A DNA stretch of 64,000 nt. Source: Fimbriosthenelais zetlandica (Eukaryota). The position numbers were made by a program, and so were the translations under genes. Under the pieces are notes generated by a model. That model had not been told where the DNA came from. It saw nothing but the letters and a program-made list of their open reading frames with translations, and made no database searches. Positions 13,850-26,749 of the stretch are shown here, in pieces (the first letter of the stretch is position 1; each line of letters begins with the position of its first letter). Location of the stretch: the NCBI GenBank assembly GCA_977030845.1, contig OZ365114.1, positions 19,034,001-19,098,000 on the forward strand, written 5' to 3'.

Positions 13850-16800
13850 TTGAAGTAGTTGAGTTACAAATGGAGGTACAAGAATAGTACGTGTGTTCAG
13901 AGGAAGAAGAACTTACGGTCCATTTCTTCTCCTTCTGTGTGTCCTTGCCCTGATGGCTTGAGCAGCTCATTGTATGAGAGATAGACCCAGCAGTTGCTTT
14001 TGGACAGAACTTCTTTCTCTGCTGCCATTCAGTCATTATCTCCTACAAGTGACCAATGTCGGTTTATCTCTGCGGTGCATGCACCATGCATGGAGACACA
14101 GTGAGTGTACTTCCAGGCAAGCTTCTACCAGCATCTCTCTATGGACATCTCTGTGGACAGGGGTCTGCTGTCTTAGATAGCATTGTCCTCACTTCATTGC
14201 CCACCAATGTCTCGTTTGAAGAAAGGAGCTCATGTTGACACACCAGCTATTCTAGAACTGATTGTTCTTCTATGATTGGCATCCTATAATTAGGAGAACG
14301 GTCTAGTGCGGAATGCCGATAACATAGAGGACGATGCCAATGTCTCCCCAAGATAGGACTCCAAGCCTGGGACACGAGGGATGCTGCAACTTCAGCCAAT
14401 CTTATCACTTGGATATTCAACTTTTCAAAAAGTACTTTTCTAGTGTTAAGAAGTGCAGCTTTTCTTGCTCATTTAAAAAGCACTGATTGGGATGTCAGTC
14501 GATCCATTACATCTTTCGTGTTGGGATATGAACATACGAATACTTCTTCTTTCCATTAAAATCTTATTGTTAGGATCGGTCAACTATCGACAAACTTACA
14601 TACACAGAAGGATACATTAATCTATGTAATTTAGTGAAGAGGTCTGAGTGGGGCTATAGGTATAGATACCACAATGTAACTGAAACATTGACATTATGTT
14701 TCATAATTGGTAAACCTATGGGACTGACAACCCTTATTTACCAATCTCACTTCGAAATACACTTGTATGAGAAAGGAAGTAATAAGCACTCCACACTAGT
14801 CCGTCTCGGGTAAACATTGTCAATTATTCCGCTTGGATGAACAGGGAGTGTCACTTATGAAATAACATGAGGTCTCGTGATAAATGATGACTAGACAGCA
14901 CCGTCGATCTCCTTAGTGGATATAAGGACAGCATGCACTGCTTTTATACAATGCCCCCACAGAACATAATATATCCTTCCCATCCAACCAGAAGTGTGTC
15001 AGGTCTTTTCACCTACCGCATATCAATTTTTTTCTGGCTCTTTGGCGCCTCAAGAGGAGGGGAATAAATCTCACACATCCCACACAAAGGGCACTATAAA
15101 TCTCCATACGTGAGACTTCGAAAACTGGATGGGTTTTTAAGAAAAAATGTCGAAAAATATGTTGGCATTGTATTGGACCCTGAAAGATTCAAGCTTTAAT
15201 GCAAAATGCCATCTGCGGTTTAAAAAAGTAGTAGAGGCTTTTGGAAAGGTTGGGTTGTTTGATTTGCCACAGCCTTCATCCGGTGTCTTGTGGCACTTCC
15301 AAAGTAGAGTGGCCACCTGCAAAGAACCCAATATCTGAACAGCTTTCAATTCGATTCAACATAGACAGGAATGTCTGTGATCTCTTCATTGTAGTGAAAA
15401 CCTTGATTACAGTCTTAATTTCCATTTGACAAGGGAGGAAGTAGTGTTGGTGGGAAATATAGCAAACAGGTGTACATCGACCTGTTGTCTCCATTCCCGT
15501 GCTGTCCATTTGGTAGCATGTTCTTACGGGAACAGTGTTAGCATTTTCATTTAGACTGTCTTAATCATTTTGGCCAATCATTTAGATGGGGAGAATCTAC
15601 CAGACATAATAAATCAGTATAAGTTGAAACTGCAGCTGTATGAATGGGTCTGGATCTTATAGGTGTATTGATATAAAGGTGAATCATGCTGAGATTCATG
15701 TTTGTCCTTGTTATACCTTCTACACACGATCCCCTTTCTCCACCCTCCAAAAAGGGGCAGGCAAATAAATGGATGTGGGTGCATGAGGGGCTTATAAATA
15801 CACTATGTGATCTCTTGTTCTGTTCATCACATCAAAGGGTATGCATACTGAGTCCTTTCCTAAACACAAAAGGCACAGGCAATGTTGTACAGTATCCAAT
15901 ACTGAAACTTCTTTCAGTGAAATATATAATACAATAATCCACTACGGAATTTAAGAGTTAATAAAAGAAAATCTATATGTGTGCATATAAACCTCATATC
16001 GGGAACAGGGGTATTAAATAGGAAGCTTTGCTTCTTTGATGTATCTTCTGAAAAATGGAGAAAAAAGTTCATATGCATAATTATGAGCATTATACTCTTC
16101 GCCCTTCATTCTGAATGAAGGTATACAAAACCTGGTTGTACCCATGCCAGCCCCCTGGTTAACATTCCTGGCCTTGACCTTGTGGGGTCAGTTAAAACCA
16201 GGTGAATTCCAGGTCATACTAAATAAGGTTGATATTTGATATGGGTATCAACATAACCCTGCTAGCAAACAGGTTTCCAAATGGCATATAATAGTACCAC
16301 GAGCCTTAAGGTTGCAATGTGTTTATGTATAATTGTGTTGTCACAGGGAAGATTGAATGATTCACTTTGGTCTCCAAACATTAAGGGGTGAAGTAGGGAA
16401 ACACTAAGGTTCAAGTTATGTGGGACATGCAGGGAAATGCATATAATTGTCTCCAGTGAGGCGATCATGTTTGAACTCTTATCAAAATTAGGTCTGTTTT
16501 GATCTGAATCCTGTCACAGTATAATAAATCAGCCAAACTGGGCCAGTATTTAATACCATGGGAATGTTTTCCTTTCGAACACATGCTAAAGAAAAGCCCT
16601 GTGACCTGCCTTTGCCGAGGAACCGAGTTCAGCACCTGACACTGCAACAAGACTCCATTCACAAATCTGTATGAAAGGTATTGCTGAATTTCAGTATCAG
16701 CTGCTTCTTATTCACAACTTCTCCAATTGATGTTATTTCATGAAGAATGCATATACCAATCACGGTTACTGAAGAAACTAAGCAGACCTGTACTGAATTA

Positions 16801-17450
16801 TGAGATGGCCAAACTAAGTAGACACAATTATGCCAACAATTATGTACTGTGTCCTTTCCCTTGCCAAATTCAGCTTTTGGACTTCCGGTATGTGATCATG
16901 ATACTCTCAACATCCTGGAAACAGTTGGCATGAGCTTCATTTTAAAATGGAAAGAGTATACAACATAAATTAACTAGTCAGACTGAGCCATGCTGTGGCA
17001 GGCAGGTCATAGTTTAAAAATTGCAATATGGCATAGGATAGACTCCAAAGAACGATTTCTTAGTTCCCTCTCTGAAGAATTGGCTAATGCCCAGAATTCT
17101 GGGTGTGTTTCACTGTCTGAAGCTATATTCTGAGCGGTGGCCTGATTTATGTGTACACATTAGGTAGTCTGTTGGGTAAGAGACGGCACTGAAACGTGAC
17201 CATAAAGATAGGATTCTACTCTGAAGAAAATTGCTGCTTTGACTGGCGGCAGACTTGCAGACTACTGTCCTTTGAAGAGGGTGGTTGGGATCAAGGGTTA
17301 GTGGGTCTTTCCCCAAGCTTATATTAATGTGAGTAAAGACAACACACCAAAATGCTCGTCTAACCTCAAAGTACAGTTTAGACCAGAGGGCAGGACATCC
17401 CTACACATGATGTCCTGAAGCAAGCTGGGTGGAAAGTCTAGGATCCACTA
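13850..17450 (-). mobile_element. Decayed LINE relic
   Basis: Minus-strand ORF 15137-15349 contains KTPDEG and SFRVQ (cf. KSPGPDG, NYRPI). YSPLRPL near 14640-14660 resembles the PLSPLLF motif. Very degenerate. Confidence 0.3.
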
Positions 17451-18048
17451 TACCGGCTTTCAGTATCAAAATTCTTTGATGCAGCCATTGGAGGCCTTCT
17501 TTGGTGATGGAAAACCAAAACTTACAATAATTATTAGGATCCAATATGTTCTAAATTCTTCTTAATGCATTAGAATTTGTATCGGCCATAAGCAATGAAG
17601 ATGAGATGAGACAGAAATGATGATGGTCTGTGATCTTGATTAATGGTCCAAGATCAACAGTACCCAAAATCAGTGCTCTGGTGATAAGTTGGTTGGCGAT
17701 TTGTTGCTGAACTGAAGCACCTCATTTGGGGTCTGTTCCATTGATGTCATGTTTAATTGAACTATCTTGAACATAGTCTATAAGATACATGCATGGTTTT
17801 ATAAGTATCAATTGAGGAAGTATATTAAAGTGGATGTGATTATGACCAGGTGTCTGGCAATTGTGGCAATTATCTTTTTTAATTACCTCATTAAATCGAT
17901 ACTTTAAAAACTTATGTTTTTGTTGTGTATATCCTCGAGGGGAAACAATCAACAGTTTCAATGTAATCTGTTTAAAATGAAGGTAAACAAATTCATGATA
18001 AATTTTATGATAAAATGTGTCTAATATTTTTCATTATTTACTTTGCAG

Positions 18049-21000
18049 TGACGTCAGAACAAGTTTTGGTGTGGTCACAACATTCTCACAAATGGACAAA
18101 ATTACGTGGTCTATTCGGTGAAACTGACTGGCAATCTCAAAGCAGAAAAAGATTTGTGACAAGTGAATCCTCCAGGGATAAGGTTTTTAACAGTTTAGGA
18201 TACGATCACAAGACAAGATACTTATATTGGCATGACAGTACGACTAAGGCCATCTACCGTCAGCATGTCAACGACAGCCTGGTGATGAGGAGAGATGATA
18301 ATATAGAGTTAGTATATGATGGGACGTCAGGTGTGGTTAAAGGCCTGGCCGTCGACTGGATAGGAGGTAATGTGATATGGGCAGACAAAAATAAAGAAAC
18401 AATCCTCATGGCCACAAGAAAAAACAAGGGAACCCAAGTTTCACGTGTGGTTATGACCAATGTCGTTGAACCAGTGGGGTTGGCTGTTGATCCAGTGGCA
18501 GGGTAAGTACAAAAAGGATCCATAAAAGATGTCACACATTTTTTTGGCAATTTAGGACACCCACCCTTTTGTCCTTGGTTCCTTCCTATTCTAAAACATT
18601 GCGTGTCACAGAAACTGGACATCCCCACCCCAAAAATGTATGACGTCTTATATTGAGGGCCACTATGTAATTTATATTAAAATAAAAATATCAGCTCTCA
18701 GCTATCTTCTCCAGCATCAGATGTGCCGACACGCAAAAAGTATAATTGGCAAAATGGTTATTTGCAGTCTGATCTACTGGGGAACAAATGACTTCCTTAG
18801 TACCAAGATTGAGAGCTGCACATTCAACGGGGAGGGACGGATGACCCTGGCCCAAAATCCTGATGTCAGTAACATGCAATGCCTGAACCTTGACCGGTCT
18901 GAGAATGCTCTCTACTTCATCCAAGTTTTCAACGAGGTCTACCTCAGCAAGATGAACCTTGGTGATCGCCAAATCACCAATGTTCGCCCCCTCAGTGGCA
19001 GCCGGTATGCAGCTGTAGCTTCACATGGTGTAAGTGTAACTTGGTACATGTATAGGACATTTCAATTGGATTTCTTGGTCTCTTGACTTTTAGCTTTGGA
19101 TATGTGCTTTGAAACAGCTATTTGTACAGACAATACAAGGGTGGGATACGCAAGTTAACAGTTTGGTGATGTCTGCTATCTTCCCAAATATATATCTATC
19201 TTTCTTATTTATCCTGTAGGATTACATATATCTGCTATACGCAGACAATTTGGAACTCAAAGTTCTCAATAAACGAGGACAGGATGTCTATAATCATGTC
19301 ATTGATGCCATTCCACACGACATCGTGGTCACTGACCCCCTCTTTCCTATAGACCCACCAGACGGTATGTCACATCAAATCATATTTATACCTTTGTACC
19401 CTTTCTGATTGCTCTATTGCATGCTAATGCAAAAAAATGTATATACGCATAAGTTAAGAAGGCGAAAGTTATAAAGATTTATTGAATCGTTAGAATCCAT
19501 AAGAGCCTATACTGAAGCTCCAGGATCACGTTTCAAAACAAAAATGAGCCATAGGCTTAGCATTGCTAATTTTCCTTTCGAAATAGGCGACTGAATTTAC
19601 TTTAGCTTTACTAGCTCGGTTTCCATTATGTTGTACAATGAATGATAATGTATTTACCTTTTTTATTGTTGTCAGATTGTGTTAGACTTGACTGTGGTGA
19701 CTTCTGCATCAGTAAGGGTATGTCTGATGGAGACTCTACCCGGGTCATGACCGAATGCCGGTGTCGAGACAAATATTACTTCGAAATGGATGAGCGAACC
19801 TGCGCATGTAAGAAAGTACACTCCATCAGATTATGAACAGTACATCCTTTTTTACAATGAATATGAATATCATGAGGAATATTATGGAGCTTATTATTAA
19901 GTAATCAAAAGCCAATCTAGTGGCAAATGAGACACTAGATTACAGAACATATGGGGGTTCAATATATGAATGTGATGCATTCTTAGCTGATGGAATAAGA
20001 TAGACCCTAGAATGACTCTCTCAGTGGCTCTAACAAAAGTTCTATAATTCATTTACAGCAAGCATGCCTCGGTACATATACAGTGTAGATGGGGATTTAG
20101 TGAACCTTGTAGCTGAGTTACCCATGCCCTACACTAATGGAGAAGCCCAATTGACGCAGATTGCCAGTGACTACTCCCGGATAGAGGCAATTGGTTATAA
20201 CTTCATCCAAGACCAGATTTACTTCTCAGACACTCTAAAAGAAGCCATATATCGGGGAGCGGTAGACACAGAGGAAGACTCATTCGTGGAACATACAGTG
20301 AATGAATATAATGTTCAAGGTAAGGGGGATATGTCACTTATGTTTAGGTAGTACAACTATGAGAATACCGTAACTGTGAGTAAAATTGTTCATGGTTAAC
20401 ATTAACATTAACGCAAAATAATTGTAGTGGGAACTATGCATACATTGACGTTTTGGTTTTCAGGTATTGCCGTTTGTTGGCTCACTGATACTGTATATTG
20501 GGCTGACGCTGACCTGCGACACATCATGCTTTCACAGAAGGATGGACGGTATCATAAGGTGTTACTGGAAGATGTTGGTACACCACGAGGCTTGACGGTT
20601 GATGCTAGCCATGGGTAAGTTGGGTTATAACCAAAAAACATCAAACTGGTTCTTATGGCATTTATGCTCTTCTCAAGTGAATAGGTGACACTGCACTCCA
20701 CCCTTGGGTACCCATTCTCCCACTCTCTTGGTGTGGATGACTATCATTCCACTACTATTCCTCTGCCTGTCCTTTTCATACTACATATTGCATACTACAT
20801 ACTACTCATTTCAATTTGCGAAACATGTCAAAGGCAATATGAGAAGTCTCTAATGAGGCAACATAGTATTCCAAACGAAACAATTTTTTGAAAAGAATCT
20901 TATATTATTATGGACTTCAGATTAATTATGGGTATACCTCATCCTTGTTATTTAGATACCTGTTTTATGCTGAGGATGATGAGAAGGCCATTAAGCGAGC

Positions 21001-24000
21001 AAATCTAGATGGGACAGATCTGAAAACCATTGCTTTTGGTTTGGTTCTCCCTCATGCAGTTGTAGCGGATCCCAGAAATGACAGGTAAGAGTCAGGATTT
21101 TAAATTTTCTCTATGAAAGTCTCTTACCTACATGTCAATCAGATTATCAAGTCTCTCGTATAACTGTTTGATATTCCGTCGAATATTGAAATGATTAACT
21201 CCCCATTAAAATGTCACATCTCACTATGTTCCAGGATCTACTGGGCTGACGGGACAAATGTGAAAAGTGCTGCTCTAGACGGCAGTGATCTGAAGTTTGT
21301 CACAATGCTAAATCAAATGCCTTTTGGCATCACACTCTGGGATGTAAGTAAAGCTCTGAGATGAAAGGTCATGACTTGTTAAGGATACTCCGACAATAGT
21401 CTACCCTGAATCTTCTATTGATCTATTAACTGTACAAAGAGTTTTCACTACTTTTCTGTGACTGTTCGAAATGATTTTGGTACTAAAATGTAGTCTTTAT
21501 CAACAGCAAATGCTGACATGGACCGAATCAAACACAGCTCCTGGTTTTCTCAGGCACACCTATAACCAGCCGATATCTATGAGCTATCGACCAGATAATA
21601 CCCACGACTTCAAGATAAAAACCTACGCCATAGTGACTTACAATGATTACTTACAACCTCCTTTAATAGGTGAGTTCATGGCACCACTGTTACTATCATA
21701 TTAATTAGGATTCTGTTGACCACGAATTTCTAAACTGACAAAACATCATCTTGAGATTGTATGCCTGACATTCAAAATGTTTGAATTTCAGGGGACTGTG
21801 TAAAAAATGGTGGATGTCAACAGTTGTGCTACCCTCTACCCCAAGGACATTCATGTGGATGTGCCATAGGTTACACGTTAGACACCGACAAGAAATCATG
21901 CAATACAAGTAAGTTCAACATATTTTTAACCACCTTGTAATCCGCCTATCAAAATACAGATAATCTTTTTACATATTCCAATAGAAATCTGAAATTAATG
22001 TTGCTAATAATCTATATACATGTAATGAAATGTGTAAAAATGTAGAATATATAGGCCTAGTTATTTTGTCATTATATTTACATATATGTCTTCCCTTTCG
22101 AGGTTTTCCTGTATCTAATATCATACACAATTTTCCCTAAAACAGATAATTATAGTTTAGTACCCGGAACTAAAGGTATGATAATAGACGATAAGACCTC
22201 TTTGACTTAACTATTATGTTGACTGTGATTGCAATGATATGCATCCAATCCCCCGAATATGATCATATTCCATTAGGAGATAAGCAAGCTTGGCTTTTTG
22301 ATTTCTTTTTGTAAAATCGTGCACTTGTTATCTTTATCCTGACGATCAGAAAGCTGTCAGAGATGTCTGTATAGTTAATGTAAGCACTGGATTCACTTCA
22401 CATGCCCGAAATGAACAAACTGTGGATCAATCACTATCATTTCGATAATCCTTTTCAAAAGCTGTCGCATGCAAATCTTGCTAAATGTAAAGAAATGCAA
22501 TCATTATGATTCCTCTTGATGAGCAGGAAAAGAAAATAGGGCAAACGCGGATGTTCTGAAGTAATATTAAATATGTTTTATACTAGGAGCGTGTGCCTTT
22601 TTGCTGTGAGAAATAATGTGTGTGAAGAAAACATCTCACTGATTTCTTCTTGTGAGAAATAGTTCAACCTAGTGTGTAATAACAAAAGGCCTTCATATGA
22701 TAACTGTTGGAAGTAATATTACATCTGTATATCAAACGATACAAATATCATAGCGGGACATATGAAAAAGCGTCCAACATATATACTGCTTTATATTTCC
22801 ATTGATAAAAAGAGGAATCGGATAATTATTCGTCTAGCAACCTCCCCCATTAACCTTCTAAGAAGGTGGTCATCATTTAGGTAATTGTTAGGCTTTGGTT
22901 ACACATTATCATTCGCGGTTTTTTCTTATCTTTCCTGTAGAGGTGGCCGAAAACAACTATGTGCTGTTTATGGACCCCTATCATAAGGCTCTCTACCAAT
23001 TAGACATGGACGATTCGTGGACAACCAATGCTGTGCCCATTAGAAATATGGATTTCCCCATTGCCTTTGATCTTGACCGCAGTAGTGGAAAGATATATTG
23101 GATTGATCTAATTAAAAAGAGTATCAGATCGAGCTTCACGAATGGATTGGAGGAGAGATCGGTCTGGAGATTCCAGAAAGGTATACATCATGGTCTTCGA
23201 TTCATTATGTTATTGACATTGCTCAATCTACGTGGAAAAGTTTTTTTGACTCATCATAGAAATAGAAATGTGATACAAAGGTAGTCCACTCTTTTGATGT
23301 AGGACGATAAGATGGCGTTTGACAGGTTATCCTCTGTGACTATTAATTAGGGAACTCATACTCATTAGTGAACTAGCACCTGACAATTGGATAAATGAAA
23401 CGATTTGTCATACAATATTTCCTTTTTCTATTTCTCCCCAAAGGTCATAAACCCATGAAACTAGTCCATGATCACAACTCTAAAACCATCTTCTTCTTGG
23501 ACGATGATAAACAAGCCTTGTATAAAGTGGGTGAAGATGGACAAGGCCTGTCAGAGGTCGTACCTAACATAGCCAGACCCTCAGCCTTAGCCATAGACAC
23601 TGAGAAGAGGTAAGTCATCCTTCCTTCCCACTTCGAATTGTCATGTCTTAAGGTGGAATAGTCACTCTGAAGATGGAAGACAAACATGCATCTACACATA
23701 TAAATGCCTTATAATTATTGATATAGCAATGTTTCAAGCATCTTTGTAATGATCTTTTTGTCAGGCTAATTTACTTCGCCGATTTGGGGATGACGCCATC
23801 TGAATCAAAGATAAGCATGGTGAAGACTGATGGTTCTAGGCTTACTATAATAGCACAGAACGACGTTCGTGATCCAACGGCACTCACATTACATGAAGAA
23901 GGTACATTATTCACAGTTTAACCTTTTTTCATAAGAATGCAATAAACAATAAACCTCAGTCTAAAAAGATGGTACAACTGCACTTGAAAGGCCTGCTGCC

Positions 24001-25804
24001 GTAATCCAACATGGCGGCCAGAAGACTCGTGAGACAAGGCGCTTAGCAACGGAATAATTTCAAGTGAATAAGAGCATAATTGGTCATTTTATAGGTATTT
24101 AACCTAACCCTAAACCCCACCTTATGTGTTAGGGGTTAGGGTGAGGTTTAGGGTATAAAGCTAACCTACCGGTATAATCTCCAAAGACATAATTTACCTG
24201 ACCTTAGTAAGAGGGGTCTCGCGAGATTTGGCCGCCATCTTGGATCGCAGGCCCTTAAAGTGCAGTTGAGCCCTTATTATCATCACCATATTGAGTTCCA
24301 ATGTATTTACCATTTTCAATATTCAATTACAGACAAAGTATTGTATTGGTGCGATGGATACTCCCAAATGATCTCCGTATTTGATATTGAATCTAAAAGC
24401 AATATTTTGTCATTCGTCATCGGAACGAATGGAAAGAACATAATAAGTCTGGCAGTTGATGACAAAAATATCTACTACACAACAAGGGACAAAAAGTAAT
24501 CTATTAATTTTTAATATATTTTGGCAACATTGAAACGTAGCCTTTATATAGAAATGTCTGTTGTAGAGAAAAAATATATTCAAATATTATGTTATTATAC
24601 TTGTCATTGTAGGTCAGTATTCAAAGTATCTAGGAATTCATCAGGAACTATTGTTGGAGAACCACTAGATAAGCCAATTTTTGCCAGAATCACTGATGTA
24701 AAGGCCTACCCAGGAATTTCACTTCTTCCTCCACCTCGTAAGTTTACTTAATAATACTTATATAGAGGTAACTGTTATGTTCAACGTTAGTATTGACTAA
24801 GCATGAGAGTTTCTGAAGCAATAATTATTGGACTTATAATGTACAATAATGCTTGATTTTATTATCGACAAGATGTTGGGGACCCAAATGAATGCAAGGA
24901 ATCCATATGAAACATGCCAGACAACACAGAAAACCTTTAATTGAGAATTAATCACATTCTCTTTCATTTTTCAGCTATACCTGTGGGTGGAGCAGAGGAT
25001 TTCCCTGTCATGTGGATTGGGATTGCTGCAGCTGCAGCTGTTCTCCTTGCCCTTCTCTTCCTCCTACTTGCCTTCTGTGTTGCTCGTAATAAGAAGAAGA
25101 AGAAGCCACAAGGAGCTCCCCACACCAATCCAGAGGCAGCCATGAGCGGCTTTGACCACCCAGAAGAAGAAGTAGAGAGGGAGTTCATTGGTGTGGACAA
25201 CCCTACAATTTATGCCATGAAGCATAACGGTCATGCCAATGGCACTGCCGATGTTGATGTGATGTACGTGAACGTTCCTAATGGCCATGCAAATGGTGAT
25301 ACAAACGGACACGTTAATCCTGTTGTGTCTTCAGCACCGGAGCTTCGAGAAGGTTTTAACGACATAAACGAACCCCCCAATGATCTAGCTAATGCAGCTG
25401 CAATGGTGGTCAGCACAGGGGCCTTGAAGAAAACAAAATATGATAAAAAGCACAATCCTCGCCGTGATCCCAACCAGTTTGAGATGGATGGTAATAAGGT
25501 TGCAACTGTCATTCAGCGAATTGCCAACCGACTGCGAACAGGGTTGGACTCAATTCGGTGGAATGGAGATCCAGATGGGCGCTCAAGCCGGGGTCGAAGT
25601 TCTCTACCACCAACTGACCCTACAAGTGATGGAGAACCTAATGCCTCAGACACACACGGTGGTGGTAAATATGCTAAAAACCGACCACCACTGGGTCCCA
25701 TGAAACCTCAGCTCCACCGATTGCCTCAGGGCTTTGCCCCAGCCTCCCGTGTCACGCCTTCCAATGTGAAAGCCACATTCGGGAGGATTAAAAAACCAAC
25801 TTAA
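18049..25804 (+). CDS. LRP-A: LDL-receptor-related type I membrane protein (3 YWTD propellers, 2 EGF, TM, ~240-aa tail); 5' signal exon not found
   Basis: 16 GT-AG exons in a consistent frame: 18049-18502, 18768-19029, 19220-19364, 19676-19807, 20059-20319, 20464-20614, 20956-21084, 21235-21343, 21507-21669, 21792-21908, 22941-23180, 23444-23609, 23765-23901, 24333-24495, 24613-24737, 24975-25804 (~1190 aa). YWTD-type motifs (GLAVDWIGGNVIWAD, VYWAD, IYWAD), EGF modules (CVKNGGCQQLCYPLPQGHSCGCAIGYTLDTDKKSC) and a TM segment (IGIAAAAAVLLALLFLLLAFCVA). Confidence 0.88.
23975..24268. mobile_element. Non-autonomous inverted-repeat element (MITE-like) in an LRP-A intron
   Basis: Imperfect ~55-bp terminal inverted repeats (caactgcactt..ggcctgc..tccaacatggcggcca..ctcgtgagac / gtctcgcgag..tggccgccatcttgga..gcaggcc..aagtgcagttg). 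Internal inverted telomere-like tracts (taaccctaaaccc / ggggttagggtgaggtttaggg). Confidence 0.75.
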
Positions 25805-26749
25805 TACCTGAGGATTTGAATCAGCTCCAAGAAGCAACTGCTGTTCCCAAGAACTCGGCAAGGTATTAAGAGGCATTGTCTGGCTGGAAGCAAGCTGCTG
25901 CTTCATGGCACGAACCCAGGGGCTCTTCAAACAGTTGAACTTTTTACAGGTCATCACTCAAAGCATGCGAGTGACTTGTCCATGACTTTCAGGTCAGAGC
26001 TGATGAGACGAAATAATGTGATATAGTTAATTATATTAACTTTCTCGTGGACATAAGGCTTGGAGGCTTATCTTAAGTCCAAAAAGCACAATGTTCACCG
26101 CCTTAACATAATCAACAATGTGTTGTCTTCCATCTCTCCTTCAAGGGATTGTTATTACATAGTGTACCTTGATAACAGTCATCGAAGGAAGCACCAATGA
26201 ACAGTTCTAGTATAGGAATGACAGGAATATACCTAATGGACCGATTACATGTATATGCCAGACAGTAGACAGATTTTGGTGCCAATATTAGCTGGTTCTG
26301 CAAAGGAATAATCAATCCCAGTTCCAGAAGGTATAATGTAAACTGCAGTATAATAAACTCAGATGTTAACTTCCGGGAGAAAGCATGAAACAGGGTACGC
26401 AATATGGGTTGTTATTTAGGAGTGCTCTGTCACTTAGTACTAGAAAAGTAGAGGGGCGATACCAGCTGGACTGGCAAGACAAATTTGTTTCCTTTAACTA
26501 CACAATAGACCAATCAAAATTAGATTGAGGCACATGTTTACTCAACTATTATTGTTAAAGGCATTTTTAAAATCCTTTCTTAATTTTGACGACAATCGTC
26601 AAATATTTCTTCTGTTTTTCATACAGATCCTACAAGTAGGTAATATCGACCTACGTGTTTGCGTGCGTGGTTTGCGTTTGCAAAATGTTACCTACCATAG
26701 GAAATTTACTCGTAAAATGGCACGAGTTATGTGCCAGTGCTATATATCT

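Noticed and set aside
98-17961. Dozens of 60-100 aa ORFs in the ORF track
   Set aside because: No recognisable domains or splice chains; consistent with chance ORFs or LINE debris.
24873-24911. Possible extra LRP-A mini-exon (HVGDPNECK)
   Set aside because: No GT donor before the in-frame stop, and the 24737-to-24975 junction is already in phase.
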